Positions 1 through 11,064 of a DNA stretch of 64,000 nt are shown piece after piece (position 1 is the stretch's first letter; the number at the start of each line of letters is the position of its first letter). The position numbers and the translations under genes are program-made. This DNA comes from Leucoraja erinacea (taxonomy: Eukaryota), in NCBI RefSeq assembly GCF_028641065.1, contig NC_073389.1, positions 25,296,001-25,360,000 of the forward strand, in the 5' to 3' direction. Under the pieces are notes generated by a model that worked only from the letters and a program-made list of their open reading frames with translations, had not been told where the DNA came from and did not search any database.

Positions 1-1121
1 GGTATTAATGGTGGAGTAGCAAGATGGATTCAACAGTGGCTGAATGGGAGATGCCAGAGAGTAATGGTGGATGGTTGTTTGTCAGGTTGGAGGCCAGTGA
101 CGAGTGGGGTGCCACAGGGATCTGTGTTGGGTCCACTGTTGTTTGTCATGTACATCAATGATCTAGATAATGGTGTGGTAAATTGGATTAGTAAGTATGC
201 AGATGATACTAAGATAGGTGGGGTTGCGGGTAATGAAGTAGAGTTTCAAAGTCTACAGAGAGATTTATGCCAGTTGGAAGAGTGGGCTGAAAGATGGCAG
301 ATGGAGTTTAATGCTGATAAGTGTGAGGTGCTACATCTTTGCAGGACAAATCAAAATAGGACGTACATGGTAAATGGTAGGGAATTGAAGAATGTAGGTG
401 AACAGAGGGATCTGGGAATAACTGTGCACAGTTCCCTGAAAGTGGAATCTCATGTAGATAGGGTGGTAAAGAAAGCTTTTGGTGTTCTGGCCTTTATAAA
501 TCAGAGCATTGAGTATAGAAGTTGGGATGTAATGTTAAAATTGTACAAGGCATTGGTGAGGCCAATTCTGGAGTATGGTGTACAATTTTGGTCGCCTAAT
601 TATATGAAGGATGTCAACAAAATAGAGAGAGTACAGAGGAGATTTACTAGAATGTTGCCTGGGTTTCAGCAACTAAGTTACAGAGAAAGGTTGAACAAGT
701 TAGGGCTTTATTCTTTGGAGCGCAGAAGGTTAAGGGGGGACTTGATAGAGGTTTTTAAAATGACGAGAGGGATAGACAGAGTTGACGTGGAAAAGCTTTT
801 CCCACTGAGAGTAGGGAAGATTCAAACAAGGGGACATGACTTGAGAATTAAGGGACTGAAGTTTAGGGGTAACATGAGGGGGAACTTCTTTACTCAGAGA
901 GTGGTAGCTATGTGGAATGAGCTTCCAGTGAAGGTGGTGGAGGCAGGTTTGTTTTTATCATTTAAAAATAAATTGGATAGTTATATGGATGGGATGGGAA
1001 TGGAGGGTTATGGTCTGAGCGCAGGTATATGGGACTAGGGGAGATTATGTGTTCGGCACGGACTAGAAGGGTCGAGATGGCCTGTTTCCGTGCTGTAATT
1101 GTTATATGGTTATATGTTATA
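1..1121 (+). mobile_element. CR1-clade LINE, 3' part (RT and C-terminus of ORF2, 3' UTR)
   Basis: ORF 64..1038 has RT motifs [13 protein letters not shown] and KYADD plus the CR1 C-terminus (LVRPILEYGVQFWSP, RGHDLRI, FFTQRVVAMWNELP). 3' UTR ends in a (ttatatgg)n-type tail. Uninterrupted frame suggests a young copy. Confidence 0.95.
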
Positions 1122-2289
1122 TAAGGTAACTATAATTAATAAATGTGCTAAATGCTTTAAATGTTGGTTTAATTTGATAGCCTGGATCTTACAACAGCAA
1201 TGGTGGCATAATCTATCAGTGCTCACAGTTGGTATCCAGAGAAACTGATAGCCACAGGGACTTTTGAACATGTAGTTTAATATGGAAATCACCAACGCTG
1301 TTGGTAGTGATTAAGCACCCATCCACGATGTATGCTTTTTGAGCCTTTTTCCAAAAGAATAGAGTGGGGGGGAAAAATTGCTTGAATTGATGCAAAATAA
1401 ACGTATTTAAGAGCCTATGCTGGTTGTAAATTTAAAAAAAACGTATGCTTCGAGGTTCAAGTTTGTAAATTGATGTACAAACACAGACAAGCTCATATTT
1501 TCTCACATACACAATTCATAGGCAAGGGTTTTAAAATCACTCTTTATATTTTGTTATGATGTCTTAAGTATGCGAATCCTCAAATCAATTCAAAGATACA
1601 AATTATTTGGTCATCTTCACTATACAATAAAATAATGGTTCATTTAACATTTTCAAAAATTTAAGATTTTACAATTATTAATTACATTTGAAATTATTGG
1701 ATAATTTCTTTACTGATATGTGATTTGCAAGACCATTCAGCAAGTTTCACGTCATTGCAACTCCTGAACTACATAACTCCCCTCGACCACCTGACAGCAA
1801 CAAATTTCACAAATGGGAGTTCCTCTTACCAGGAATTGTTGGTCCTGCATTGCAATTTTTCTTCAAGATGAGCAATGAGAACTATTGCTTTGCTGCTGAT
1901 AGTAAATTTGTCAAATAGCTGCCCATCAAGTTTTGGAATCTTTATTCAAGTAGTATTTTAAATATGCTATAATAAAAAAGTTATTTTTACTATTAAACAG
2001 CTAAAACTTTAACAATTGAGTAGTTGCCAGATTAAAGGGGTGTTTTTATTTGAAACTGCAACGACAGTTTCACATATGCGTTCCTAAAAATATGCTTTTG
2101 TTATTCCTTTGCTCAATGTAAACATGGCATTTAGCACGTGGCACATTGCACAAATATTTAATGCATTTGGAGTTAAAGTATAACAATTTTCAATGCTCAG
2201 AAAAGTAATAAATGTGCTAAATGCTTTAAATGTTGGTTAATGGATAACTGCAGTCAATTGTAAATAAATTCAAGTCAGGACAGTAACAT

Positions 2290-3295
2290 GACAACATTGA
2301 TTGATAAGCTGCCTCATAGCTCCAGTGACCAGGGTTCAATTCTGAACTCTAGTGCTGACCACGTACAAAGAAACTTGGGAGCTCTGGTGCAGGACTCCCA
2401 AAAGGCTACTTTGCAGGTTGAGTCAGAAGGGATGCAAATACAATGTTAGCATTTATTTCCAGAGGACTAGAATATAAAAGCAAGGCTGTAATGCTGAGGC
2501 TTGATAAGACACTTGTCAGGCCACATTTGGAACATTGCAAGCAGTATTCTGCCCCATTACAGAGGAAGGATGTGCTGGCATTGGGAGAGGGTCCAGAGGA
2601 GGTTTACAAGTATGATCCCGGGGATAATTGGGTCAATGTGCGAGGAGCGCTTGATGGCTCTGGACCTGTACTCGCTGGAGTTTAGAAGGATGAGGTGGGA
2701 TCTCAATGAAAGACCTAGATAGTGTGGATGGAGAGGATGTTTCCAGTAGTAGGAGCCCATAACCAAAGGGCACATCTTCTAAATAAATGGATCTACCTTT
2801 AGAATGGAGATGAGGAAGAAGGGTGGTGAAATTGGAATTCAATGCCACAGACAGCTGTTGAGGACGAGTCATTGGGTGTTGTGTTTTTTTTTTTGAAAGA
2901 GGAGACTGATAGGTTCTTGATTAGTAAGGGCATCAAAGGTTATGGGGAGAAGGCAAGAGAATGGGGTCAAAAGAGAAAAATGGACGAACGATCGAATGGC
3001 AGAGCAGGCTCGAGGGGCTAAATGACCTAATTCTGCTCCTACGTCTTACAGTCTTATGTACAGTTTACATGTTCTCCCTGTGACCATGAGGTTTTATCTT
3101 GATGCTTTGGTTTCACCCAGTTATGCAACTTGGTAGGTTAATTGGCCATTATGAATTTCCCCAAGTTTACATGGGTCGTACAATCTGGAATGAGCCAATA
3201 TGAATGTCGGTGAAACGGCTGCTAAAAATATGTTGGGAAATGGGATTCTTCGTGAGTCAGCATAGGCTTGATGGGCTGAAATGGTCACGTTTGTC
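2290..3295 (+). mobile_element. HE1-type V-SINE split by a CR1 insertion
   Basis: tRNA-like head gctgcctcatagctccagtgaccagggttcaattc, then V-domain gtttacatgttctccctgtgacc resuming at 3063 and a CR1-derived tail near 3270-3295. Confidence 0.7.
2368..3057 (+). mobile_element. 5'-truncated CR1 LINE inserted in SINE
   Basis: CR1 C-terminal peptides in ORFs 2443..2685 and 2501..2722; flanked by gtaca at 2363-2367 and 3058-3062 (candidate TSD). Confidence 0.85.
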
Positions 3296-3429
3296 ATAAA
3301 GGAATATGGAAATATCCAGATTCAGAGAACGCAAAGATAATACTTGGAAGCAACAAAAATTGGAAGAATAAAGTGAAGTTAACAATTCAAAAAGGAATGG
3401 AGAACTGACAAACTAATCTGATAGTGCCT

Positions 3430-6020
3430 CGTGTTAGTGAGGGTAGGAACAGGGAGATGGGGGATGTGAATGTGCGGCTGAGGGGTTGGTGCAGGGGGCA
3501 GGGGTGACCTGACAAAAGGAACAGGTTGCACCTTAATTGGAGGGACAGACATTCTGGCAGACAGGTTTGCTAATGCTACACGGGTGGGTTTAAACGAAGC
3601 CGTGGGGGGTGGAGTCAACAACATGGAAGCGTATGCATGCAGTTAACGGGAGAGTGTAGGAAAGGTCACATTTAAACTAACAGTGCAGGGGGATGGGAAC
3701 CAATGCAAGGAGACAAAGGGACATAAAAGGACAGAAGCAAAAGGGAGAAGGAAGATAAGGAAAAACAAACCTGAAAGCTTTGTGCCTTAAAAGGAGCATT
3801 CGTAATAAGGTGGATGAATTGAATGTCTAATTACTAGTTAAGGAATACGATACAGTTTGAATTACAGAGGCGTGGCTCCAGGGTGGCCAAGCCTGGGAGC
3901 TAAACATGCAGGGGTATTCGATATTCAGAAAGGATAGACAGAAAGGACGGAGAGGTGGGGTGGCATTGTTGGTTAAGAGGACATTAATGCAATAGCAAGG
4001 TGAGACATTAGCTTGCTGTAGAATCGGTGTGGGCAGAACTGTGAAAGGGCAGAAAATGCTTGGAGTGGATACAGACCACCAAACAGCAGTAGGGAGGAGA
4101 GAGAGAGTGAGAGAGAGAGAGCGAGCGAGCGAACGAGAGAGCGATTTCGATCTCAACAGAGGACAAAGGGGTTAATTAAGAGGGGGAAAAAAGAGCATGA
4201 AAGAAAGCTTGCGAGGAATATAAAAATAAAAAAACTCTTAAAAGCTTCTCTAGATATATAAAAATGAATAGATTAGTGAAGACAAACATAGGTCCCTTAC
4301 AATCAGAGACAGGTGAATTTCTAATGGGAAACAAAAAATGGCAGAACAGTTAAGCGAGTACTTTGGTTCTGTCTTCACAAAGGAAGACACTAACAATCTC
4401 CCAGAAATACTATGGGTCCAAGGATCTAGCGGGAGGGAGGAACTGAAGGGAATCGACCTTAGTCAGGAAATTATGTTAGGTAAATTGTTGGGACTGAAGG
4501 CAGATAAATCCCCAGGGCCTGATTGTTTATATCCCAGAGTACTCAAGGAGGTGGCCCTAGAAATCATCGATGTATTGGTGATCATTTTCCAATGTTCTCT
4601 TGACTCTGGATCAGTTCCTGTGCACTGGAGGGTAGCCAATGTAACTCCACTTTTTAAGAAAGGAGGGAGAGAGAAAACAAGAAATTATAGATCAGTTAGC
4701 CTTCCATCGGTAGTGGGGAAAATACTCGTCGATTGTTAAAGTTGTTATAGCAACGCATTTGGAAAGCAGTGACAGGATCAGTCAAAGTCAGCATGGATTT
4801 ATGAAGGCGAAAATCATGCTTGACTAATCTTCTGGAATTTTTTGAGGATGTAACAAGTAGAATAGATAAGGGAGAGCCAATGGATGTGGATCTGGACTTT
4901 CAAAAAAGCCTTTGACAAGAGATTAGTGTACAAAATTAGAGCACATGGTAAGGTATTGACATGGATAGAGAATTGGTTGGCAGACAGGAAGTAAAGAGTA
5001 GGAATTAACGGGTCCTTTTCAGAATGGAAGGTAGTGACTAGTGGGGTGCCGCAAGGCTCGGCTCTGGGACCCGTTATTTACAATGTGTTAACGATTTTGA
5101 CGATGGAATTAAATGTGACATCTCAAAGTTTGCGGAATGCACAAAGCTGGGCAGTGTGAGCTACGATGAGGATGCTATGAGGCTGCAGGGCGACTTGGAT
5201 AGGTTGGGTGAGTGCGCAGATGCATGGCAGATGCAGTATAATGTGGACAAATGCGAGGTTAAGGAAGGCAGATTAATATCTGAATGGTGTCAGATTAGAA
5301 AAAGGGGAGGTGCAACAAGACCTGGGAGTGCTTGTACATCACTCACTGAAAGTAAACATGCAGGTACAGCAGGCAGTGAAGAAAGCTGGACTTCATTGCG
5401 AGAGGATTTGAGTTTAGGAGCAAGGAGGTCCTACTGCAGTTGTACAGGGCCCTGGTGAGACCGCACCGAGACTGTTGTGTGCAATTTTGGTCTTTTAATT
5501 TGAGGAAGGACATTATTGCTATTGAGGGAGTGCAGCGTAGGTTCACCAGGTTAATTCCCGGGATGGCGGGACTGACATATGATGAAAGAATGGGTCGACT
5601 GGGCTTGAATTCACTGGAATTTTGAAGGATGAGAGGGCATCTAATAGAAACATACAAAATTCTTAAAGAATTGGACAGGCTAGATACAGGATAAATGTTC
5701 CCGATGTTGGGGGAGTCCAGAACCAGGGGTCACAGTTTAAGAATAAGGGTAGGCCATTTAGGACTGAGATGAGGAAAAACTCCTTCGCCCAGAGTGTTGT
5801 TAATATGTGGAATTCTCTGCCACAGAAGGCAGTGGAGGCCAATTTACTGCACATTTTCAAGAGAGAGTTTGATTGAACTGCTCGGGCTAAAGGAAGCAAG
5901 GAATATGGGGGGAAAAAAAAAGCAGGAACGGGGTACTGATTTTAGATGATCAGCCATATTGAATGGCGGTGCCGGCTCGATGGGCCGAATGGCCTCTACT
6001 CCTGCACCTATTTTTCTATG
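3430..6020 (+). mobile_element. Degenerate CR1 LINE (ORF1 end, APE endonuclease start, internal deletion, RT, 3' UTR)
   Basis: Endonuclease-like ITEAWL and RKDRQKGRRGGVALLV near 3860-3980; ORF 4338..4739 (KSPGPD...NYRSVSLPSVVGK); RT fragments 4800-5650; tail cctactcctgcacctatttttctatg. (GA)n tract ~4096-4143 at the deletion junction. Confidence 0.9.
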
Positions 6021-6366
6021 ATATCTCAAGGGGTCAAGCACCAAATTCCATTTGCGCCAATTTGTGATGTTAACTCAAAAAATGTTATAAAAAAATGCAA
6101 TATCACACTGGAGAGCCTAATTACGTACTTGCAACTTGCATTTCCTCAATTTACTTTTCGCCAACAAGAAATTATCGCTTCTGAATCTCCTTCTTTCTCG
6201 TAGATCTGTCCAGTTTTATAAAGCAAAAATATAATTTTCTGCAGCAAGAGTTTCAGAACTGGCACAGTTGTTCCAGTGTGCCTGAACAGCCCTCAAAAAC
6301 AAATTGTCAAATTAACATCAGAATTTTATTGCTTTTTACGCAACAGAATCCAAATGTCACTTATTG

Positions 6367-6505
6367 ATAATAAAAGATTATAGTTAATAGGAAAACACTG
6401 TAAAGACGAATAATGAAAGGGATTTGAGAACTTGTACTAGTTCTCAAATCCCTTTTCTTATCGCCTTTGCAATATTTTCTTATTAACTCTGTAATCACCT
6501 ATTAT
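6367..6505. repeat. Long imperfect palindrome (hairpin)
   Basis: Perfect 17-bp arms aaagggatttgagaact (6416-6432) / agttctcaaatcccttt (6439-6455) around tgtact; arms extend with mismatches to ~6367 and ~6505. Confidence 0.9.
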
Positions 6506-7439
6506 TTTACACACCTAAATATATAATAAACTTGATGAAACTATTTTGTCAACCCATCTTCCATTGTATTAATTACCACTGATGATACTCCTGACATGAA
6601 ATAAAACCACCAGCAATTTTCCACCAATTTAAAATATTTAAGGAAAAACAATGTAATCCAAGGATTAAGGAATAGAGTCGAGTCAGATAATCAGTGGAAA
6701 GTAGCTTAAATGGAGCAGAAACGTTGGGCTGCATGGTTTGTTTCTGTTTTGTGTATTCCGGTGGGAAAAACACAGACCCAATACATACCGTGGACACCCG
6801 TCGTTGTATTTCTCCACCCACCATACCCGTCAGTTACATGGACCTTGCTCGTGACAACTAGAATTTTATCTCAGCACATTGCTGTTAATTCCATGCAATT
6901 TCTCAACATTTCATTGTAACCGTTACTTCACCTAAAGGCACATCAGCACTGCTACATCTATCCACACCACATTTTAAAATAATGTTCTGAATAAAAAAAA
7001 ATTTAATTCCCAACTTCCCACTGACAATTATTAATCAGATATCACTGAAAAGTTCACTGGCTTGTTGCGATAATAGAATTTAGAAATTTCTTTGTACCAA
7101 ATGTCATTGCCTGGTTCACCCGAAACTTCTTTGCAAAATCAACCACTTATTGTTCTCTGATACTACAACTTTTCCAAAATTAGTTTGATGCAAATGATAG
7201 GAATGGTGGGTGGAGAAATACAATGACTGATATGCACATATACAATATATAGTATAAACAGCGTATACTGGACAACGTGCTTTCCCCAGGAAATTCACAG
7301 AGCAAACTGATCACAAGGCCCATCATCTGGAAGTAATATATTTTAACATATTTTTATAATTTAACTTAAACTTCAATGAAGGAACACACAGCAATCGTGT
7401 GTTAGTTTTGGCCAAACTCCAACCTATCTTAGGTTGTTT

Positions 7440-8225
7440 AAGAATGAGAGCACCAAGAGACCCTGGTGAGAGCCTTATCTATAGTAGAAGAGGGGAACCC
7501 CCGTTCCCCGAAGAATGAGGACATCTCCAATGCCCTGGTTTGGAACACCTCATCCTGGGTGCAGATGCAGTGTAGACGGAGGAATTGGGAGTCGGGGATG
7601 GAGTCCTTACAGGAAGCAGGGTGGGAAGAAGTGTAGTCCAGATAGCCATGGGAGTCAGTGGGTTTATAGTAGATGTCGGTCAGCAGTCTGGCACCTGCGA
7701 TGGAGATAGTGAGGTCTAGAAACGGTAGGGAGATGTCGGAAATGGTCCAGGTGTATTTGAGTGCCGGATGGAAGTCAGTGGTGAAATGGATGAAGTCAGT
7801 GAGTTCTGTATGGATGCAGGAGGTAGAGTTCGGTGCAGTCGTCAATGTAGTGGAGGTAGAGTTCGGGGATAGGGCCATAGTATGCCTCGAACAAGGATTG
7901 TTCGACGTACCCTACAAAGAGACAAGCATAGCTTGGGCCCATAGCTACGCCTTGGATTTGGAGGAAATGGGAGGAGTCAAACGAAACGTTGTTAAGGGTA
8001 AGGATCAGCTCCGCTCGGCGGAAGAGAGTATCAGTAGACGTGGATTGGTTGGTTCTGCGGTCGAGGAGGAAACGGAGGGTTTTGAGACCCTCCTTGTGGG
8101 GGATGGAGGTGTCGAGTGACTGGACATCCATGGTGAAGATGAGGGAGTGGGGCCTAGAAAACAGAAGTCTTGGAGGAGACGAAGAGCGTGTAAGGTTCTT
8201 GAACATAGGTAGGGGGGGGATTTAA

Positions 8226-8281
<56 letters not shown>

Positions 8282-8510
8282 TAGGATGGTCGAGATATGT
8301 GGAAATCAGTTCGGTGAGGCATGAACAGGCAGAAACAATGGGTCTACCAGGACAGGCAGGTTTGTGGATTTTGGGGAGAAGATAAAATCGGGCCATGCGG
8401 GGCTGGGAACGATGAGGTTGGAGGCTTGGGAGGGCAGAGAGTCGGAAGCGATGAAGCCAGTCACAGTGTTAGAGATAGTGGCCTGGTGCTCGTCTGCGGG
8501 ATTGTGGATT
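7440..8510 (-). mobile_element. Penelope-like element, RT fragment (frameshifted)
   Basis: PLE RT motifs [81 protein letters not shown] across ORFs 8154..8396, 7796..8206 and 7438..7878. Confidence 0.93.
8227..8280 (+). repeat. Poly-G run (~54 nt) inside the Penelope RT
   Basis: Uninterrupted G homopolymer; produces the poly-Pro ORFs on the minus strand. Confidence 0.9.
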
Positions 8511-8644
8511 TCATATAGAGCATGAGTGGCACGACAGAAACAGGCCTGAGCCCACCTCGTTAGTGCCAACCATCATGTCCATTTACACTAATCCCACTTG
8601 TCGGGATTAATTCCATATCTTGCTACACCTTGCTCAATCAAGCA

Positions 8645-9435
8645 TCTGTAAGAAGGAACTGCAGATGCTGGTTTAAACCGAAGATAGACACAAAATGCAG
8701 GAGTAACTCAGGACAGGCAGCATCTCTGGAGAGAAGGAATGGGTGATGTTGCGGGTCGAGACACTTCTTCAGACTGAGAGTCAGGGCTGGGAAGATACAG
8801 AGATAAAGAAGTGTAAGGTGCGAGAGCGAGAGATCAAAGGGGGTGGGGAAGACAAATATGCAGAATAGATCATTGTTAGCTGGGAGAACGTAACAAAGCA
8901 AACAAACAAAAAATGTAATCAGGGACAGTCAGATTGGTCGGAGAACTGGGAACTCAATAACCATACCACTGGGGTGTAAGCTGCCCTAGCGAAATACGAG
9001 GTGTTGTTCATCCAATTGGTGCTGGGCCTCACTCCGACAATGGATGAGGTCTAGGACAGAAAGGTCAGTATTGGAATGGGAGGGGGAGTTAAAGTGTTTA
9101 GCAACCAGGATATCAGGTAGGTTTAGGCGAACTGAGGGGAGGCGTTCAGCGAAATGATCGCCGAGCCTGCGCTTGGTCTCACCGACATATAGGTCCACAC
9201 CTGGAACAGTGGATACAGTAGATGAGTTGCAAGTTGAGTAGGAGGAGGTGCAAGTGAACCTCTGCCTCAACTGAACAGACTGCCATGGTCCTTGGACGGA
9301 GTCAAGGGATGAGGTATAGGGACACGTGCGGGTGACGTTTCGGATCGAGGCCCTTCTTCAGACTGAGAATCAGGGGATGGGGAGATAAAGAGATAAGGAA
9401 TTGTAAGATCTGAGAACAAGAGATCAAGGAAAATC
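8645..9435 (-). mobile_element. Penelope-like element 3' end: GIY-YIG endonuclease plus two tandem pseudo-LTR segments
   Basis: ORF 8986..9270 has LYVGETKRRLGDHFAERL...VAKHFNSPSHS. pLTR motif ctgaagaaggg...gaaacgtc at ~8745-8772 (mutated) and 9334-9361. Confidence 0.9.
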
Positions 9436-11064
9436 AAGAATCAGTGTTTTTCAAGTATCTGTCCAGATGCCTCTTATCTGGTGTTACATATAGATCTCTA
9501 TCGCCTGCACAATGTTAATTGTTCATCTGGCTGTTTTGCACTGTGCACCATAATGTTCTTCCCGTCATCCTTGAGTAGTATAGGTTGTCAATTTAACTGT
9601 ATCAGGTGATTTAATGCTTTGAAGAGTACACCTGTATTTACTTGATGCATCTTTCAAAATGCTTTAATGTCAGTTACATTTTCTGGCTGTGCTACGCTAT
9701 TGTAACAAAAAGGAAATAGTCAGTTTGCACAAAATAGGGCACCTGAAAATGGAATGACATATCAAACGACATATCTATTAACACTGGTTAAGGAGTAAAT
9801 ATTGTTCAACCCTCCAGATCTTGTCAACCAGAAAAAGGCAAAAGGAGAAAAATAAAGATTTGCTCTGGCTATGACACCTCGTTTTGCAAATCCATTATTG
9901 GTCATAATCTAATATGTGGACTCATTTTTTGAATAAATTCAATTGCAGTTTAATTTTATACATGCCTTCAAAATCTTTCTAAAAAACACTAGGTAGAAGT
10001 GAAATTGAGGGGTGATTACACACACTAAAGTACAAATGTGCAAAAACACAAGGACACAGTATTAATTGTTCTCCCATTAAGACATATTCTTATTTTCAAC
10101 AGATTTGCTATTAAGAGTGTGACTGAAGCAATCATGACCCACAGGCCATTTGTGTAAGAATCCAGCCATCGTCAAGAACAGCACAAAATGCAAGTTCAGG
10201 TGATTTGTACTTTTAGGTTGCAAGTCATCTTATTCTGCCCTCTATGCAGGTTCACCAGAGAGAACAATGGACAAGCTTGTAATTACATGACAACATATTC
10301 TGTTCTGCCTTCTGGAATGACTGACTGCACACCAACTCCCACCAATACCAGAAGCAGCCACTTTCCCAGATAGCATAGGAGGTACATTGCTCTGCAGGCG
10401 AGATTGAAACAAATGCTGTTTCAGTTCCCCTCGCCCCAGCATACTCCAGGCAAACCTCTAAGCTATTGAAAACAAACTGGATGTACTTAAAGCTAGACTC
10501 ACATACCTTAACTGAGAACAGCTGTATGAGAATAATCCCCAGTTCTCTCAAGGATATTCTCCACCAGAGTAAAGAATAACTTATTTCCTTTTGTTATCAG
10601 ATTCTTGTGCTGATCTCTAATATGGATGAATTCCTGATCTTCCAAACTACATCTTTGTGGCCCTTGCATTTTTTAAATCTGCACTTTCTCTGAACCTGTA
10701 ACATGATATTCGGCATCCTGTTCTTTTTCTCTCTTACATGCACTTGTGTGGCAAGATCTGCTTTGGTAGTATATAAACAAAGCTTTTCACTGCATCTCAG
10801 TACACATGACAATAATAAACTAATGAATCAATCATATGTATCCAATGCTTGCACCAAAATGTCCTTTCATGATCATGTCAGAAATATAAGGAACAATCTA
10901 AATTTGAGAAGAAAACACGCCGCTGTTCTTATAGGAATTTAGAAAACTTAAAACAGCAATCATAGAGTCATTGGATATGCAGAAAGCTGTTTGTTACCCA
11001 TCCAAATACAGTTAACACTCAAAATCCTGCACGATACAATTAAACATAGTCTGCTAAAGTATAA

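Noticed and set aside
64-1038. Domesticated reverse transcriptase gene
   Set aside because: It is the 3' part of a CR1 ORF2 cut by the window edge, with a standard CR1 3' UTR and near-identical tails elsewhere in the window.
8005-8396. Poly-proline (formin/WASP-like) proteins
   Set aside because: Translation of a G homopolymer within a Penelope RT; the run length may also be a sequencing or assembly artefact.
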